Assembly: GCA_030295235.1 (NCBI GenBank)
Contig: AP026149.1
Coordinates: 310,001-374,000, forward strand
DNA from: Fistulifera solaris
Taxonomy: Eukaryota
Reading direction: 5' to 3'
DNA: 64,000 bases
Below, one piece after another: positions 12,055-24,264 of the stretch (positions are counted from its first letter, which is position 1; each line of letters starts with the position of its first letter). The notes under the pieces were generated by a model. It was not told where the DNA came from, made no database searches, and worked only from the letters and a program-made list of their open reading frames with translations. The position numbers and the translations under genes are program-made.

Positions 12055-12488
12055 TCCGCCTCCTAAGAAACCGTGTCCTTTCATAATGGATGCCAATTCG
12101 ACACTTCGTTATTCGTTACTCCATGGCTTGCGCATTACTCTATAGGTTAGTGTACTTTCGGATGTTTGAAAAATCAACTCGATAAGAAATGCACCCAGGA
12201 CCGTTGGGCGCGCCAAAAATATTTGAATTATTCCTAAATAGAGAGACTTAGATGTAAGTGTTTGCTACCAACGGAGTTGCCAGTTTTCCCGCCATGCTAA
12301 AGTCATTGATGAACGGCCAGCCAAAAATTTGGGGATCGTATAACTCAACACCTTTCAATACAAATCAATAGAGAGGTCCAAGCATCAACATGGTGAATGA
12401 GTCTTCAAGTGTCTAAAGACCTCCTGACTCCTGCCCTGTTTCGTTAATAAACATTCGCGGAAGAAAAAAATCCTTTTACTGATAAATA

Positions 12489-13655
12489 ATGTCGTCTTCC
12501 GAACGTTCTTCCACGGAGCAATCGGACATTCACTCCACCCCCGTGAGGGGGAAAGATAACCGAAACACTATTGATGGAGAATCCAGTTCTCTGACAGGTA
12601 TCCGGCCTCTGACGCGCAAGCTTGATCAACTATTGTTATCCGATTCGATGCGTAACACTACAGTGACGCCGGATTCGAGCCGCGCTTCGCCGGTCGATGG
12701 AGGGTCTCCGGTCACCAGCCAGGTCTCAATGGGGAGCGTACATCGTTCCACAGCGGCTGGTTTGCTGCCGAAGCACTACGACTTAACTCCCGTGATGCGC
12801 AACACATCTCACGAATACGTCGAGGATAGGAAAAAAAAGAAGGATAGATCCAGAATGGTGTCTCCGGATGATCAGGATATGCTTTACGGAGAGCACTTGG
12901 CATTACCTACGGGTCTGGGAAGTCATGAAATCGGCCCATCGATGCCCGGTCTCCACACCGAACGCAAGTCGGGACTCGACGAACCCATACAATTTCCCTC
13001 CCGAAAGTTTTACACGTTCACTAGCCGCGAGCAGTACGAAGATTCCATTTTTCATCCGCACAATCATCAGCCTTCTGGCCTGATTCAATACCAACCTGAT
13101 CGCGATGATGACTTTCGTGATATTGGAATATTAAATGAAGAGGGCCTAGAGGAAATTTTCGCGATTCGTGGCGAACGCTCGGGTGAAGAAATTCATAGAC
13201 GGTTAGATGTGCAAGAGAATTCGATTTCTTCCATGGGAGAGAGAAACTCATCAATACCCAGTATCCATTTGGCTTATTCAATGCATGGGAGTATCGCTTC
13301 TTATACCGAGTGCGATGATGAAGAAAGTATTCAATTTCTTCGCGATGATGGCTCTCTCAGTAGTCGAGGTTCCAGCTTGTATCTCCCGGATCAAGACGAT
13401 TTAACCGGACCAGGACTTACTTTGGGACCATCGCAACGTGGCGCGGTTGTTTTAGACGAACTACACCGGGTCATGAAAGAAAGAAAACCCAAGCCAATGG
13501 AATGGCTGCAGTCCATGGAAGCGAAACAAGGTCAGGTGGCTGAAGCGGCGTCATCGAAATTGTTACGGAGACATACTTCTGATGAGCTTCCCCAGCGAAG
13601 ACAAACGATGCCAGCGATCTTCACTTCGGCTGACGCAAGAATCCATACGCCGTGA
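12489..13655 (+). CDS. Hypothetical protein, Ser-rich and probably disordered (388 aa)
   Basis: Long uninterrupted ATG-initiated ORF with no domain I recognise. It has a C-terminal segment, PMEWLQSME...VAEAASSKLL, that looks like a conserved motif. Confidence 0.7.
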   Translation: MSSSERSSTEQSDIHSTPVRGKDNRNTIDGESSSLTGIRPLTRKLDQLLLSDSMRNTTVTPDSSRASPVDGGSPVTSQVSMGSVHRSTAAGLLPKHYDLTPVMRNTSHEYVEDRKKKKDRSRMVSPDDQDMLYGEHLALPTGLGSHEIGPSMPGLHTERKSGLDEPIQFPSRKFYTFTSREQYEDSIFHPHNHQPSGLIQYQPDRDDDFRDIGILNEEGLEEIFAIRGERSGEEIHRRLDVQENSISSMGERNSSIPSIHLAYSMHGSIASYTECDDEESIQFLRDDGSLSSRGSSLYLPDQDDLTGPGLTLGPSQRGAVVLDELHRVMKERKPKPMEWLQSMEAKQGQVAEAASSKLLRRHTSDELPQRRQTMPAIFTSADARIHTP

Positions 13656-13770
13656 TGCGACTCAAATGCTCTATTACCATGGTTAATGGGTTTAGAACTG
13701 ACATTTTGAAGCATTACTTTGTCAGGAACTCGTCTGACTAAGGAAAAGGAGTTTATCAAATACGTTATCA

Positions 13771-14847
13771 CTATGCCACAGCTTGTTTACGTGCTTCTAG
13801 TTCCGCGCACATACGCTTCCAAGTCTTTTTGTTGAGATGAACAAAGGCTTGGCGGTGCTCACCATCGTTTCATTGTCTTTTGACATTTCACATCGAATTC
13901 CCCAATTTTTATCGACACCCGCGTGGCCCCTCTTGATGAGGAAAGAAAAATAGAAAAAGTTTTCGACGGTTTTGGTAAACGACTTGGGGTCCAGCAATAT
14001 TTCTAGTGGATCCAGAGGCTCCGGTGCCGGCGCTCCTTCTTTGATGTTAATATTGGCGGTGTAGTCTTTCAAGATTCGCTTACGCAACTTGAGTACGCAG
14101 GCATCCGCTACCGACATGGTGGCCTTATCTCCCTTAGCCTCTACTTTTTCTTCATCGGGACGAACGGCTTCGGAAGTATCCTTGACCTTGGCTTCTCGTG
14201 CCTTTTTCGGCTTGGCGGCAATTCCCACTTCGTACTTCCCCGCGGCAAAACTGACCTTGGACGGGACAGCATTGTAGCAGACACCGGTTTGAACACCCAA
14301 TGTGGCCCAATCAAAAAGGTATTACCATCTTTTCGCATCGTGCACTGTTTTTGAGAGCCGAAATGACTTTGATGGCGTCGTAACGAGGGACCTACAAGAA
14401 ACGGGTACAGGGTGAATAATCATGCCACATTGACTAAAAAGATCGCAACACACGAGACACTCGTACCTGTACCGACTGCTCCACTTGTTTCGCGTAGTTG
14501 TTCGCGAGAAGAACCACATTATCCGCATCCAACACCAGTTCTCGCGTGTAAGTGACGTGATGGAAAAGTTCGTTGTTCGTGTCACGCACACCTTCGAGCG
14601 TCGGACGTTCTTCTTCTTCTTCTTCGTCATCGTTTTCCGTCTCTCCGCCTCGTTTGCGCGTACGGTACGCCCCCGTCGCGAGCACATGATGGATGTTGCG
14701 CTGTTCGACACGTAACAGACGACGCTCTTCATCGGTTTGACGTTCATCAAACACCTTACGCTTCGTGCGTCGTTGGCTCGAAGACTTGACTCGCTTTTGC
14801 GCGCGTTTTACTTCCGGACTGGTTTGCATAGCGGTGTCGTTCGACAT
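13771..14847 (-). CDS. NSE4: SMC5/6 kleisin subunit NSE4; 1 intron (14466-14392) and about 3 frameshifts
   Basis: N-terminal ERRLLR...RELVLDAD and C-terminal LDPKSFTKTVENFFYFSFLIKRG match Nse4/EID3. The segment FDWATLG is restored by correcting A and T runs near 14350 and 14315. Confidence 0.8.
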
Positions 14848-15314
14848 GATATTCAAAACTTGTTGTTGTAGAAGAAAGAAAGGAATGAAAGGAACGAAAG
14901 AAATGGAATGGAATGAAACAAAAGGACACGCAATAGTGCATCCGGTGGGCAGTTTCACGTGAAAAAAATGAGTTTCTGCACAAGCAGCAGGGGCGTCGCG
15001 GCCGGCGGCAGCACCTCGTCCAGTCTGGTTTTGGAGGGAATGAAGGTCGTTCTCGTCCTTTTGAAGCATTTTCTGGCGCGCGCCCGTCGACTCATTGAGT
15101 ATTGATCTGCAACTTCAACGGATCTCGTTTGAAACCAGAGAGTGACTTATAAAGTAGGCCACGTATAATCTCTGCTAGTAAAGTGCTCGTCGGGTGAGAA
15201 AAATAGCTTGCGTCGCGAAAAGACATTACGGAGTATTTTGAATACGGAGTATTATTTCAGACCACGCCTCTTTTTCTTTTCACATGGAAACATGATCGAT
15301 GAACAATATGAGCC

Positions 15315-16673
15315 ATGAGGCAAAAGTTTCACCATTTCTTTCTCCTTGTAGCTTTCGTACTCGTGTGGCTATGGACTATTAACATTCAAGTCGTTCAAGA
15401 CAACTGGAGTTCTCCAAACTGGGCTGCCGATGCTCCGCACGAAACAATCAACACCGATGACTACGAATTCCATTACGTATTTAGCACTGGATGCAATGCC
15501 TTTCAAGATTGGCAGTCATGGACCTTCTTTTATCACGCGCATCAACTGGGAATACAACATGTAACGCGTGTAGCGTCGGGATGTTCCAAAGAGCAGCAAG
15601 CGAGTATTCGTGAGTCTCACCAAACACAAGTGCAGGCTCTCGCTCCCACGTATCAACTGCATTTGACTCCGGATTTCACGCGCGTCATTCCCGGAAAAAC
15701 GTACAAATTTTTCAACAAACCGTACGGATTGCGTCACTGGATGGAAAATCGATTGGGTTTTCCCCGTCGAACGAAAGAGTACGATAAAACCATTTTTGTT
15801 CTCATGGATCCCGATCAGATGTTACTACGGCCTTTTCAACAAGACATGACAGCGTATACATCGTCAATGAAATGGATCAAGAATCCCACAAAGCCAATAC
15901 AGATACGAACTGGTCAGCCGTTTGCGCAACTCTACGGTTTGGGCAGCAAATGGGTACCCGCCATCAACGGCAACCTGACGAATATTTTGAGTTATCTGCC
16001 ACCCGATGAGGCGAAAGCCTCTCAGTTACACCATTGGAAAGAGCAGGATGTGAAAGATTATTATGTGGCCGGTCCACCGTATCTTGCGACGGGACCGGAC
16101 ATGTACCGAATTGTCAACACGTGGGCCACGATTGTCATTTCAGTGTACCATGCTACCGACGATTTCTTGTCGGAAATGTATGCTTACGCCACCGCGGCCG
16201 CCCATTTGGGCCTGAAGCATCATTTAACTCACTCGTTTATGGTGTCGAATCCGGCCGTGTTACAAGAAGGATGGCATTGGATGGACAACAGCGAGGCCAC
16301 GGCAGTTTGTGCCTCAACGTCGAATTATGAAGCCGATTCCTCGAAATACTATCTGCCGAATGTGTTACATTACTGCCAGCGTTATTTCCTGGGTCCTTAC
16401 TTTTTCTCCAAGTACATTCTACCCAAAAACTTTTTGTCGTGCGAACATCCATTGCTCGCGGAGCCGGAACTGGATATAGCGAGCAAATACGAGACGTCGG
16501 TGACACCGAATGGGGAATTGAATGAGATTCCCAAAAAGCAGCGGAATCGACATGCCTTTATGCTTTGTCATTTAATTCATGGACTGAACGAAGCTGCATC
16601 GTACTGGAAGCAACACCACTGCCATGACGGAAATATTGCCAAAACTTTTCTTTTCAAGAAGCACAAGGGGTAG
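15315..16673 (+). CDS. Type II membrane glycosyltransferase, peptidyl-serine galactosyltransferase / Hyp-O-arabinosyltransferase-like (GT96/GT95)
   Basis: N-terminal transmembrane anchor. Motifs VFSTGC..FQDWQ, NKPYGL.HW, a DPD (DxD) motif, GPPY, LSEMYAY..AAAHLGL.H and LHYCQRY. Confidence 0.8.
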   Translation: MRQKFHHFFLLVAFVLVWLWTINIQVVQDNWSSPNWAADAPHETINTDDYEFHYVFSTGCNAFQDWQSWTFFYHAHQLGIQHVTRVASGCSKEQQASIRESHQTQVQALAPTYQLHLTPDFTRVIPGKTYKFFNKPYGLRHWMENRLGFPRRTKEYDKTIFVLMDPDQMLLRPFQQDMTAYTSSMKWIKNPTKPIQIRTGQPFAQLYGLGSKWVPAINGNLTNILSYLPPDEAKASQLHHWKEQDVKDYYVAGPPYLATGPDMYRIVNTWATIVISVYHATDDFLSEMYAYATAAAHLGLKHHLTHSFMVSNPAVLQEGWHWMDNSEATAVCASTSNYEADSSKYYLPNVLHYCQRYFLGPYFFSKYILPKNFLSCEHPLLAEPELDIASKYETSVTPNGELNEIPKKQRNRHAFMLCHLIHGLNEAASYWKQHHCHDGNIAKTFLFKKHKG

Positions 16674-16833
16674 CGTTGTTCGAAATATCACCCGGGGACC
16701 GCTTCAAAACTATCAAACAATCATATATTTTGCAACTGTTTTCATTATCTGCTAATCAATTTAGGGAAAAGGTGAATTATCTGCTAGCTTATGAATGTGT
16801 TATGTAAAGAAGTTGCACCGTTATCGCGCAGTA

Positions 16834-17904
16834 CTAACGGGGGGAGGTTTCGGGGTGATGCGTGAAGAGCTCTATTGATTCCGTCTTTTCGAGTGTAGGA
16901 CCCATGGGATTGCTCGTATCACGAGGGTAGTAAATGCGGTTTAGATCCAGAATTCCATGGTTTCGTGCGACAGCAATTGGATGGCCTACATCGGCTGGCA
17001 GGTCGTGAGCATGATCCAAGAGCATCTCGGGCCACAGCGCTCTTTCCAGTAGAAAGACGAGTGAATCGACTGAGCGGATACCGCAAACTTGATCAACTCG
17101 GTGGCGAAAAGTGTCCCGGATGCTGAGAGGGAGGGCTTCATATGTCAAAAGATCCATAGATACCAAAATGGCCGCGAAGGCCACCTGCGATGGGCGGTGA
17201 TGCGAACAACTGCTTCCCAAGCAGGTGGCGATTTCGGTCAAGTATCGCGATATTTCATGGAGAACGTGGAGCACGAGGCCATGCTTCGGTGTTTTTGTGA
17301 AAGTGAAGTCATCGTACTTTGGCATCAGAGTAAGAAGATGGGAAACAAAAGTAATTGGGGACGGAAGCATCACTTTCCAGCCGACGGTTTGATATATTGT
17401 TCGTTCCATAATGTAGATCTCATTCATAGTGAACTGTCCCCGAGAGAGATCGGCAAACGTACTGAGTCGAAAGTGAGTGTGGGGCGCATTTTCCTCAGGA
17501 TTGTTTTGTAGTGAAGCTAGCTTAACTGAAATGAAAATGGATGTCATGGCGGCGAGTTGGTAGGTTGTAGGATCTGAGTTTCTCTTGCAGCAGGGGCATC
17601 TACAATCAGCTACGTGAGAAGCCTCTTCTTGTCGATCTGTTTGTTCATGATACAAGAGAAATCGATCAAATAGGTTCATGCCTGTTGTCACTACTTCACG
17701 ATCGAGACGAAAGTGATCGATGACACGGAAAGCCCACTGGCATATCTTGCGACGCCATGATTCGAGGGGCACACTGCCGTACTTTGCTATGGAAGAACAC
17801 GGAATATGGGGCACGACGTAAGATGGTTCGATTGACATCATCGCTTCCAGCTGATCCCGACGCAAGCCGTCATCCACTTCTGCAGTCTGAAATTGATGAT
17901 TCAT
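16834..17904 (-). CDS. Cyclin, diatom-specific (dsCYC-like)
   Basis: Motifs WRRKICQWAFRVIDHFRLDREVV...NLFDRFL, YQLAAMTS..ISVKL, LSRGQF...MERTI...W, and PSQVAFAAI. Confidence 0.92.
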   Translation of the reverse strand: MNHQFQTAEVDDGLRRDQLEAMMSIEPSYVVPHIPCSSIAKYGSVPLESWRRKICQWAFRVIDHFRLDREVVTTGMNLFDRFLLYHEQTDRQEEASHVADCRCPCCKRNSDPTTYQLAAMTSIFISVKLASLQNNPEENAPHTHFRLSTFADLSRGQFTMNEIYIMERTIYQTVGWKVMLPSPITFVSHLLTLMPKYDDFTFTKTPKHGLVLHVLHEISRYLTEIATCLGSSCSHHRPSQVAFAAILVSMDLLTYEALPLSIRDTFRHRVDQVCGIRSVDSLVFLLERALWPEMLLDHAHDLPADVGHPIAVARNHGILDLNRIYYPRDTSNPMGPTLEKTESIELFTHHPETSPR

Positions 17905-19091
17905 GGTCTGTTACATCAATGGACTGCACGATAACATTAATATCTTATAAGCTTCTCTTTACTTTTCTGCAGATATATTTTTTAAATTCCGTCTCGCAAA
18001 GCTGACTTTTGATGTCTTACGCAGCTCATTCGCACTGGATGTGGGGAAGAACATGAAGAAGAATCCCTGGAATGATTTTTTTGTCGACTTGTGGAGCCGT
18101 AAATGCAACCAATGGTTTTATGTGCGACTTGCCACTATAGACATATTTATTTAAGCCATGCCGTCACGTTTCAGATACTTATGTGATGGCTTGTCAGAAG
18201 TTGTTTTGTAATTAATTACTAAGAATGACCATCGTGCTGAACGGCTTTCAACCTGAAGTTTCGCATGGTATTAATTCGTCCTTCGTAAATAGGCATGCTC
18301 ATTAAAAGACGGACGCTGTTTAGTTGCTACTGACTCCTCCGAAAGTCTTGCAAAAATGCTTGCTTCACAATAGAATGTTCCGTGACGGATCACGGATGAT
18401 GGGTTCTCATCTTGTGAATTACCATCCATTTATGGCAATTTGTACCAGTAGTTTCATGCTTGACAAAAATGCTTCTTCCGGATTTTGGATTTTCTCTCGA
18501 AAGAGACGCCTGCTTCTAGTTTTCAACACGGAGTCGTTCATTTCCCAGGACAGGGTAGCCCAGTAGGTTTCCAGTTTCCAATGACCAATGAATTTTGTTA
18601 TTCTTTATCGATATGCTCGATAAAGATGCTTCCCCACCCCAACTCCGATTTAGCACCTGTTCGGTTCCTAGAAACTAGAGCCAGTAGACCTTGAGATCTA
18701 GTATTCTCTCCAAATCACCCTCATCATGAATAGAGTAATTTGTATTGACTTGAACGGTCGGCTTGTCGCCCAGCCTTGTCCGATTCTTTCCCGATTGACA
18801 AGCTATTAGTTGATCGTGCTAATATCGATTGCGAGTAAGGATCAATAACAACGTGCCATCACTGTTCATTGTAAACCCATTCATGTAGAGACGTACGACT
18901 TATAAAGATTAACCGTAAAAGCTGGCGATCTCAGATTGCGCGTTGAATTGTAGCCATCATTGCTCCTCTGCTCCTCATTAAATTTAGCTCGTCTATATAC
19001 AAGTTTGTTTACAAGCTAGAAAGATTGTCGCACATATATCGCGTCCATGATATTGGATCGTTTCAATATCTCTAGACGAAAGAGTCTGTAT

Positions 19092-19770
19092 TTATTTACG
19101 TACACTCCGGACAGACTTGTCCTTTGTTGAAACAATGACGCGGAGGAGCCGCTTCGGCGGGAATCCCCGAGACCCGTCCTCGCCGACAATCGTTTCCAAA
19201 ATTTCCGCCATTTCACTCATATTGAGCTCCTTGGTGATATCCTCGAGCTGTACATGGACCAAATCTCCCTTGCCGTCAAAGATAAGAATCCCACCTTGAA
19301 TCGTCCCTTCTCCTACTAGATTGCCTTCAATCCTTTTTTTGGGACATGCGCCGCGACAGTTTTCGCATATTACCGAGTAGTTTGAACATGGTTTTGACCT
19401 TGAATATGGATCGATTCCCCATGATCTTGTACAATTGCAGGTCTTCATCCAAATAGATGGGCCATGAATTGAAATATTCCTTTTGAAATGTTTTCAATCC
19501 CGCATCATCAACACCAATTTCTTTGACAACCCCGAGGACCGCAATCTTTGGTGACGACTGCAAATTCGAAAGTTGTTTGCCGTGTTCCCGACACAAGACA
19601 CAACCGGGCCGACGGGCGGCAAAGACGATTGTGGCTTCTTTCTGTTGTTCCAAAACGATTTGCCGCAAGGTTGCGGTGTCTTTCTTGACGACGGTATCTT
19701 GTGTCAGATCGAGGGAATGCAGGACGACGGAAGATACTTGTTCGGATGTGATTTCTTTCGTCATGGTCAT
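19092..19770 (-). CDS. Peroxiredoxin-like 2 (AhpC/TSA_2, FAM213-like) protein; 1 frameshift near 19337
   Basis: Motifs RRPGCVLCRE (CxxC), GVVKE, and YLDEDLQLYK. After a shift in an A run the sequence continues IEGNLVGEGTIQGGILIF. Confidence 0.85.
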
Positions 19771-19805
19771 GTTGTATTGCTGCTCGGCGTCTAAATCGTA
19801 ATTAT

Positions 19806-19830
19806 GACTCGACTCGACTCGACTCGACTC
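19806..19830. repeat. Microsatellite (GACTC)x5
   Basis: Five exact copies about 35 bp upstream of the PRXL2-like start codon. Confidence 0.9.
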
Positions 19831-20390
19831 GAATATAAAATAAGAATGCTTTTCACGGAGAAACAAGTGCTTTCGAGAGATGATTCAGTAACAGGAATCG
19901 CTGGGAATGTTCCGGCCGGGCATGACGTTGTCGGCGATGAGCGACAAAGAAGCCAAAAAAAGACACGCACCCTTTGGATGGGTTTGGTTCTAAATCTTTT
20001 CCTCTGCGTTCGCCACGTCATCCTTCCTTCATCGAAAGGAAGTAATTGTCGTACCGGTAATTGATTGACGACGAACAGACCACTCCCCCAGCCTCGTATG
20101 TACGTGCGTCGTGCGTATCGTCGCGTCGTTGTCTTGTTTTCCCATAAACGGAGCGGCGCGCAGATGCTGTGTTTCCAGAGCCATTCATCGACCTCCAAGG
20201 ACGAGAAAAAGCGAAAAAAAGTGAAGAGACGTTGACGAAATAAATAAATAAATTCCTTGTCATTTGTCAACAGTTCTGCTATTATCATCTTATCGGAAGA
20301 GAGAAAAGGAAGCCCTGTTAGAACTTCCTCCTTCAGCATTATTTTGCCTCTATTCCTTACCGAACAAACACACAAATAATCACACACACC

Positions 20391-23300
20391 ATGAGCGAAC
20401 TTAACATCGATCAAATGGCCGCATGTTTGCACGCCTTGACACAACCCAACACTGATACTATTCGTCAAGCGGAACTCCAGTTGAAGCCAGTACTAAAAAT
20501 TCCTGCCAATATGCCCGTCTTGTGGCGCATTATTACGGGAAATTATGACGTTGCCGTACGTCACGTCGCGGCCATTGTTTTGCGCAAACGATTGCCGGGA
20601 CATTACAGTCAATGGGATCCTACCGCTCGAGAGCAGTGGCAGCAACAAGTATTACAGGCCTTGGCGACCGAGACGGTCCGTCCGGTCCGCGCCGGTCTTT
20701 TGGGTGTCGCGGCGGCCATTGCTCAACATCATACGACGGCACCACCACAAATTCTACAGTTTCTCGCGGCAGCCGTCAATGATCCGTCTCCGGAAGCCCG
20801 GGAATTGTGTTTCTTGTTGTTGCTCGAAATGACAGATACGGTTGGGACGCACTGGAAGGAACACGTCAACGATTTGGTGCACCTTTTCAGCACCACTCTC
20901 CATTCCACACACGAACCTCCTTCCGTACACAAGGCGGCGGTGCAAGCGGTAGGACAACTCATGTCCTTCTGGGCCGATGAACCCGAAATGGAATATCTGG
21001 CCCCGCTCTTGCCGACAGTATTGCACGTGGCCGGGCTTTCGAACGATGAAGATTTGCTGTCGGCCGTCTTGGATGTCTTGTACGAGTTGGCGTACTCGCC
21101 GGCGGGTGCCTTGCAGGCACACATGGAATTGACAGTGGAATTTTCTCTCCGTTGTCTCCAGAATAGAGACTTGGAATTGCGCGTTCGTGATGCGGCCGCC
21201 TTGGTGATTGCTACGACGGGGGAATCGAAACCAAAATCGTTTGGCAAGCATCGAGCCATGTTGGGAGCTGTCCTGGACACGCTATTTCAGCTCATGCAAG
21301 ATTCGCAGGAAAGTGCTGCTGGAGCTTTGTTCGAGTCAAATCCCGCTTGGAGAGAGGATTTGGACCATCATACCGACGATGATCTAGATGATCCTGACAG
21401 TCCCACCGAAACGAGCATGGCGCAAGGAACTCTGGACATGATGGCCTGTGAAATCCCCAAAAAGTACATTTGGGAACCATTGCTACAGCGCTGCATCACC
21501 CGGATGGCAGACGCGAGTAACCCGCAAGCTCGCAAAGCCGGTGTTGCCGGTCTGGGTGTCATTGCGGAGGGATGCTGTGAACCGTTGACGGCTGCCTTGC
21601 CTCAAGTCATGCCGTATGTTTTTGCTTCAGCGCAAGATGCCGCTCCTGCTGTGCGCGAATGTGCCTGCTTTTGTCTGGGACAGCTTTCCGAACATTGTCA
21701 GCCGGATATCTTGCAGTATTCCACTCAAATTTTGCCAATCGTCTTTTCTCTTCTGGACGACGGATCCGTGGCCGTGCAGGCAACCTCCTGCTATGTTTTG
21801 GAAATGTTTTGTGAACGTCTCGAGCCCGCTGCCGTTCGCCCCTTGCTCGACTCTCTTGTGCGAAAACTGGCCGGCATGTTGGAAGCTACGACCAAACGAA
21901 GTGTTCAAGAGATGGCGGTGGCTGCGCTCGCCGCCACCGCAGTTGCGGCTGAGGAGGAATTTACGCCGTATGTCCAAGGTGTGGCCACCCTTATGATGAA
22001 ATTGATGCAGATACAAGATCCTGATCGCTTCAGTTTGCGTGGACGTGCATTGGAATGCATGGGTCACATAGGTATTGCCGTTGGTTGCGAAACGTTTCGG
22101 CCCTATTTCACCGCTACGATGCAATGCGCCATGGAGGGTTTGACCACTGATTCCACGGAGCTACAAGAGTTTGCATATGCGGTATTCGCGAATTTGGCCA
22201 AAGTCATGAAAGAGGAATTCGCCCCTGCGTTGAATGATCTCGTTCCTTACCTGATCAAGGTTATTGACCAAGATGAAGGGCAGTTAGAAGCCACGCAACG
22301 AGACGACGAAGAAGGTGCTTTCGCCGCCTTGGACGACTCGGATGATGACAACGAGGATGGGAACTATGTGCTACATGTCCGAACAGCCTTGCTAGACGTT
22401 AAAAAAGGCGCAATTACGGCACTAGGAGAGATGGCGGCTCATACCGGCACTAGCTTCTGCCCCCATCTTGAAGCTTCGATGCAGGTCCTTCAGAAAGCAG
22501 CGACGAACTGGCACCCACTCGTGAAGTCCGAAGTTGCCGATGCGTTTCCATCGCTTATTGTCCCTTCTATTGCTGCATATCACAATGGTGAAATCGAATG
22601 GAAGAAAGGAGACATTGATGCATCTCCACCCCTCTCCGCGCATACAGCGGCGTTGGTTGGAGCTGTTCTGCAAGAAGAATTGACGCTGCTTCAAAACGAT
22701 GATGACAAGAACACCGCAACGAAGGCATGTGAAGCTGTCCAATCAGTCCTGGAATTGTGTGGCCCTCACGCTTTGGCACCGGTGGCCGACACAGTTCTTG
22801 CTATAGTACTTGACATTCTTTTGAAACAAGCGCCGTGTCAAACGGCGGAAGCCATGTATGGAGAGGTTCCCGATGATGACGATGATCATGATGGTTTGAT
22901 GCAGTCGGCATGTGATCTGATCGGCGCCTTGGGACGAGTTATGGGTGCCCACCTCGCTAATTTCTTGCCGCAGCTACTCCCTGCTATTTGTGAATATGCC
23001 AAATCGAGCCGCCCTGCAAGCGATCGATCCATGGCGGTGGGCTGTCTCAGCGAGATTGCCCAAGAAGTTCCTATCTCAGGCGAGTACTGGAAGTCCGTTT
23101 TTCTGCCAGCCATCATGGCGGGCTTGTCGGACGAAGACGATAATGTGAAGCGAAATGCAGCGTTCTGTGCTGGTGTCAGTTGTGAGCAGCTAGGAAGTAA
23201 TGTTGGTTCCGACTACGCTGGAATTTTTCCCTTACTGGGTAATATATTTGCGCGAGAGGATGGTGGAGAGGTTACAGAATCTTTCGGTGCATGCAAGGAC

Positions 23301-23579
23301 AATGCGGCTGCGGCACTCGCAAGAATGATTATGGCATCCCCCGCTCATGTGCCGCTCCCCCAAGTTCTGCCTGTCTTTCTAAGAGCATTGCCTTTGAAAC
23401 ACGACATGACAGAGAATGACACTGTTTACAAATGTGTGCTAGGCTTGCTCGAAATGCAACCTGGGCAGGTAGATTCCAATGAAGTGAAACGGATATTTAC
23501 AGCAGCGCTCGCCGCCGACGATTCCTCATTAAGCGATGAATTGAAGGGAAAGCTCCAGAGTGCTTTACAAGGGCTATAA
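20391..23579 (+). CDS. IPO4: Importin-4-like karyopherin beta (HEAT repeats)
   Basis: 1062-aa helical protein with an importin-beta N-terminus (IRQAELQL...VRHVAAIVLRK) and motifs ARKAG..GLGVIAEGC, VRECACFCLGQLSEH, LRGRALEC, DRSMAVGCL.EI, KRNAAFC.G and DNAAAALARMI. Confidence 0.9.
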   Translation: MSELNIDQMAACLHALTQPNTDTIRQAELQLKPVLKIPANMPVLWRIITGNYDVAVRHVAAIVLRKRLPGHYSQWDPTAREQWQQQVLQALATETVRPVRAGLLGVAAAIAQHHTTAPPQILQFLAAAVNDPSPEARELCFLLLLEMTDTVGTHWKEHVNDLVHLFSTTLHSTHEPPSVHKAAVQAVGQLMSFWADEPEMEYLAPLLPTVLHVAGLSNDEDLLSAVLDVLYELAYSPAGALQAHMELTVEFSLRCLQNRDLELRVRDAAALVIATTGESKPKSFGKHRAMLGAVLDTLFQLMQDSQESAAGALFESNPAWREDLDHHTDDDLDDPDSPTETSMAQGTLDMMACEIPKKYIWEPLLQRCITRMADASNPQARKAGVAGLGVIAEGCCEPLTAALPQVMPYVFASAQDAAPAVRECACFCLGQLSEHCQPDILQYSTQILPIVFSLLDDGSVAVQATSCYVLEMFCERLEPAAVRPLLDSLVRKLAGMLEATTKRSVQEMAVAALAATAVAAEEEFTPYVQGVATLMMKLMQIQDPDRFSLRGRALECMGHIGIAVGCETFRPYFTATMQCAMEGLTTDSTELQEFAYAVFANLAKVMKEEFAPALNDLVPYLIKVIDQDEGQLEATQRDDEEGAFAALDDSDDDNEDGNYVLHVRTALLDVKKGAITALGEMAAHTGTSFCPHLEASMQVLQKAATNWHPLVKSEVADAFPSLIVPSIAAYHNGEIEWKKGDIDASPPLSAHTAALVGAVLQEELTLLQNDDDKNTATKACEAVQSVLELCGPHALAPVADTVLAIVLDILLKQAPCQTAEAMYGEVPDDDDDHDGLMQSACDLIGALGRVMGAHLANFLPQLLPAICEYAKSSRPASDRSMAVGCLSEIAQEVPISGEYWKSVFLPAIMAGLSDEDDNVKRNAAFCAGVSCEQLGSNVGSDYAGIFPLLGNIFAREDGGEVTESFGACKDNAAAALARMIMASPAHVPLPQVLPVFLRALPLKHDMTENDTVYKCVLGLLEMQPGQVDSNEVKRIFTAALAADDSSLSDELKGKLQSALQGL

Positions 23580-24030
23580 TATTTAAAATATATATAACAC
23601 AAATTTTCCTCGGGATCGATTTGACGTATTGATAGATGATACCTGCAATAAAGATTACTTTTTGCCTCGTTGCAGGTAGGTTGTATAGGCATGACCTGCT
23701 GTTATTTTACGATAAAAAGCGTGAAAGTCAAGCTATTCCCGATTTTGCTTTATGTGGAGTCGCATTGTACCCCGACTTTTGAAAAAGCTGCTGTGAAGTA
23801 TGAACAACACTTTCAAATCATCCGGTTGCTTCTAAAGACGACAAAGGTTCTCGAATCCTTCATCGTCTTGAACTGTCTCCTGCATTATTGAAGGCGGGAC
23901 ATGCACCGTTACTATTTGCTCGCATCGCACATCGCATGCGAATTATTATTGCCACCAGCGATATTGTTTCCAATGAGTAAAATCTAGCCAATAGTCATCC
24001 TTGAGTACACAGAGCACCACAATCTAGAAC

Positions 24031-24264
24031 ATGAGTATGTCAGCTTTGAATGATTTATCAGTGGACGGAGCTTGCGTTTTCAATTATTTCGAAGCCTTAC
24101 GCAACGATCCAGACAAACGGCCGTACTATGAAGGCAAGGATCCCCGTTTGCAGGAAGAAACGTGGTGCGTTACTTGTCATAAAAGACCCGTGAGCGGCTT
24201 GCTTCACTGTTCGCGCTGTCATACGGGTACTGCAACAGCAATTGTCAAACGAACACAGTACTAA
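24031..24264 (+). pseudogene. Truncated 5' fragment of a MYND zinc-finger gene (copy 1)
   Basis: PYYEGKDPRLQEETWCVTCHKRPVSGLLHCSRCHT aligns with copies 2 and 3. The frame breaks inside the MYND finger and similarity ends near 24260. Confidence 0.75.
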
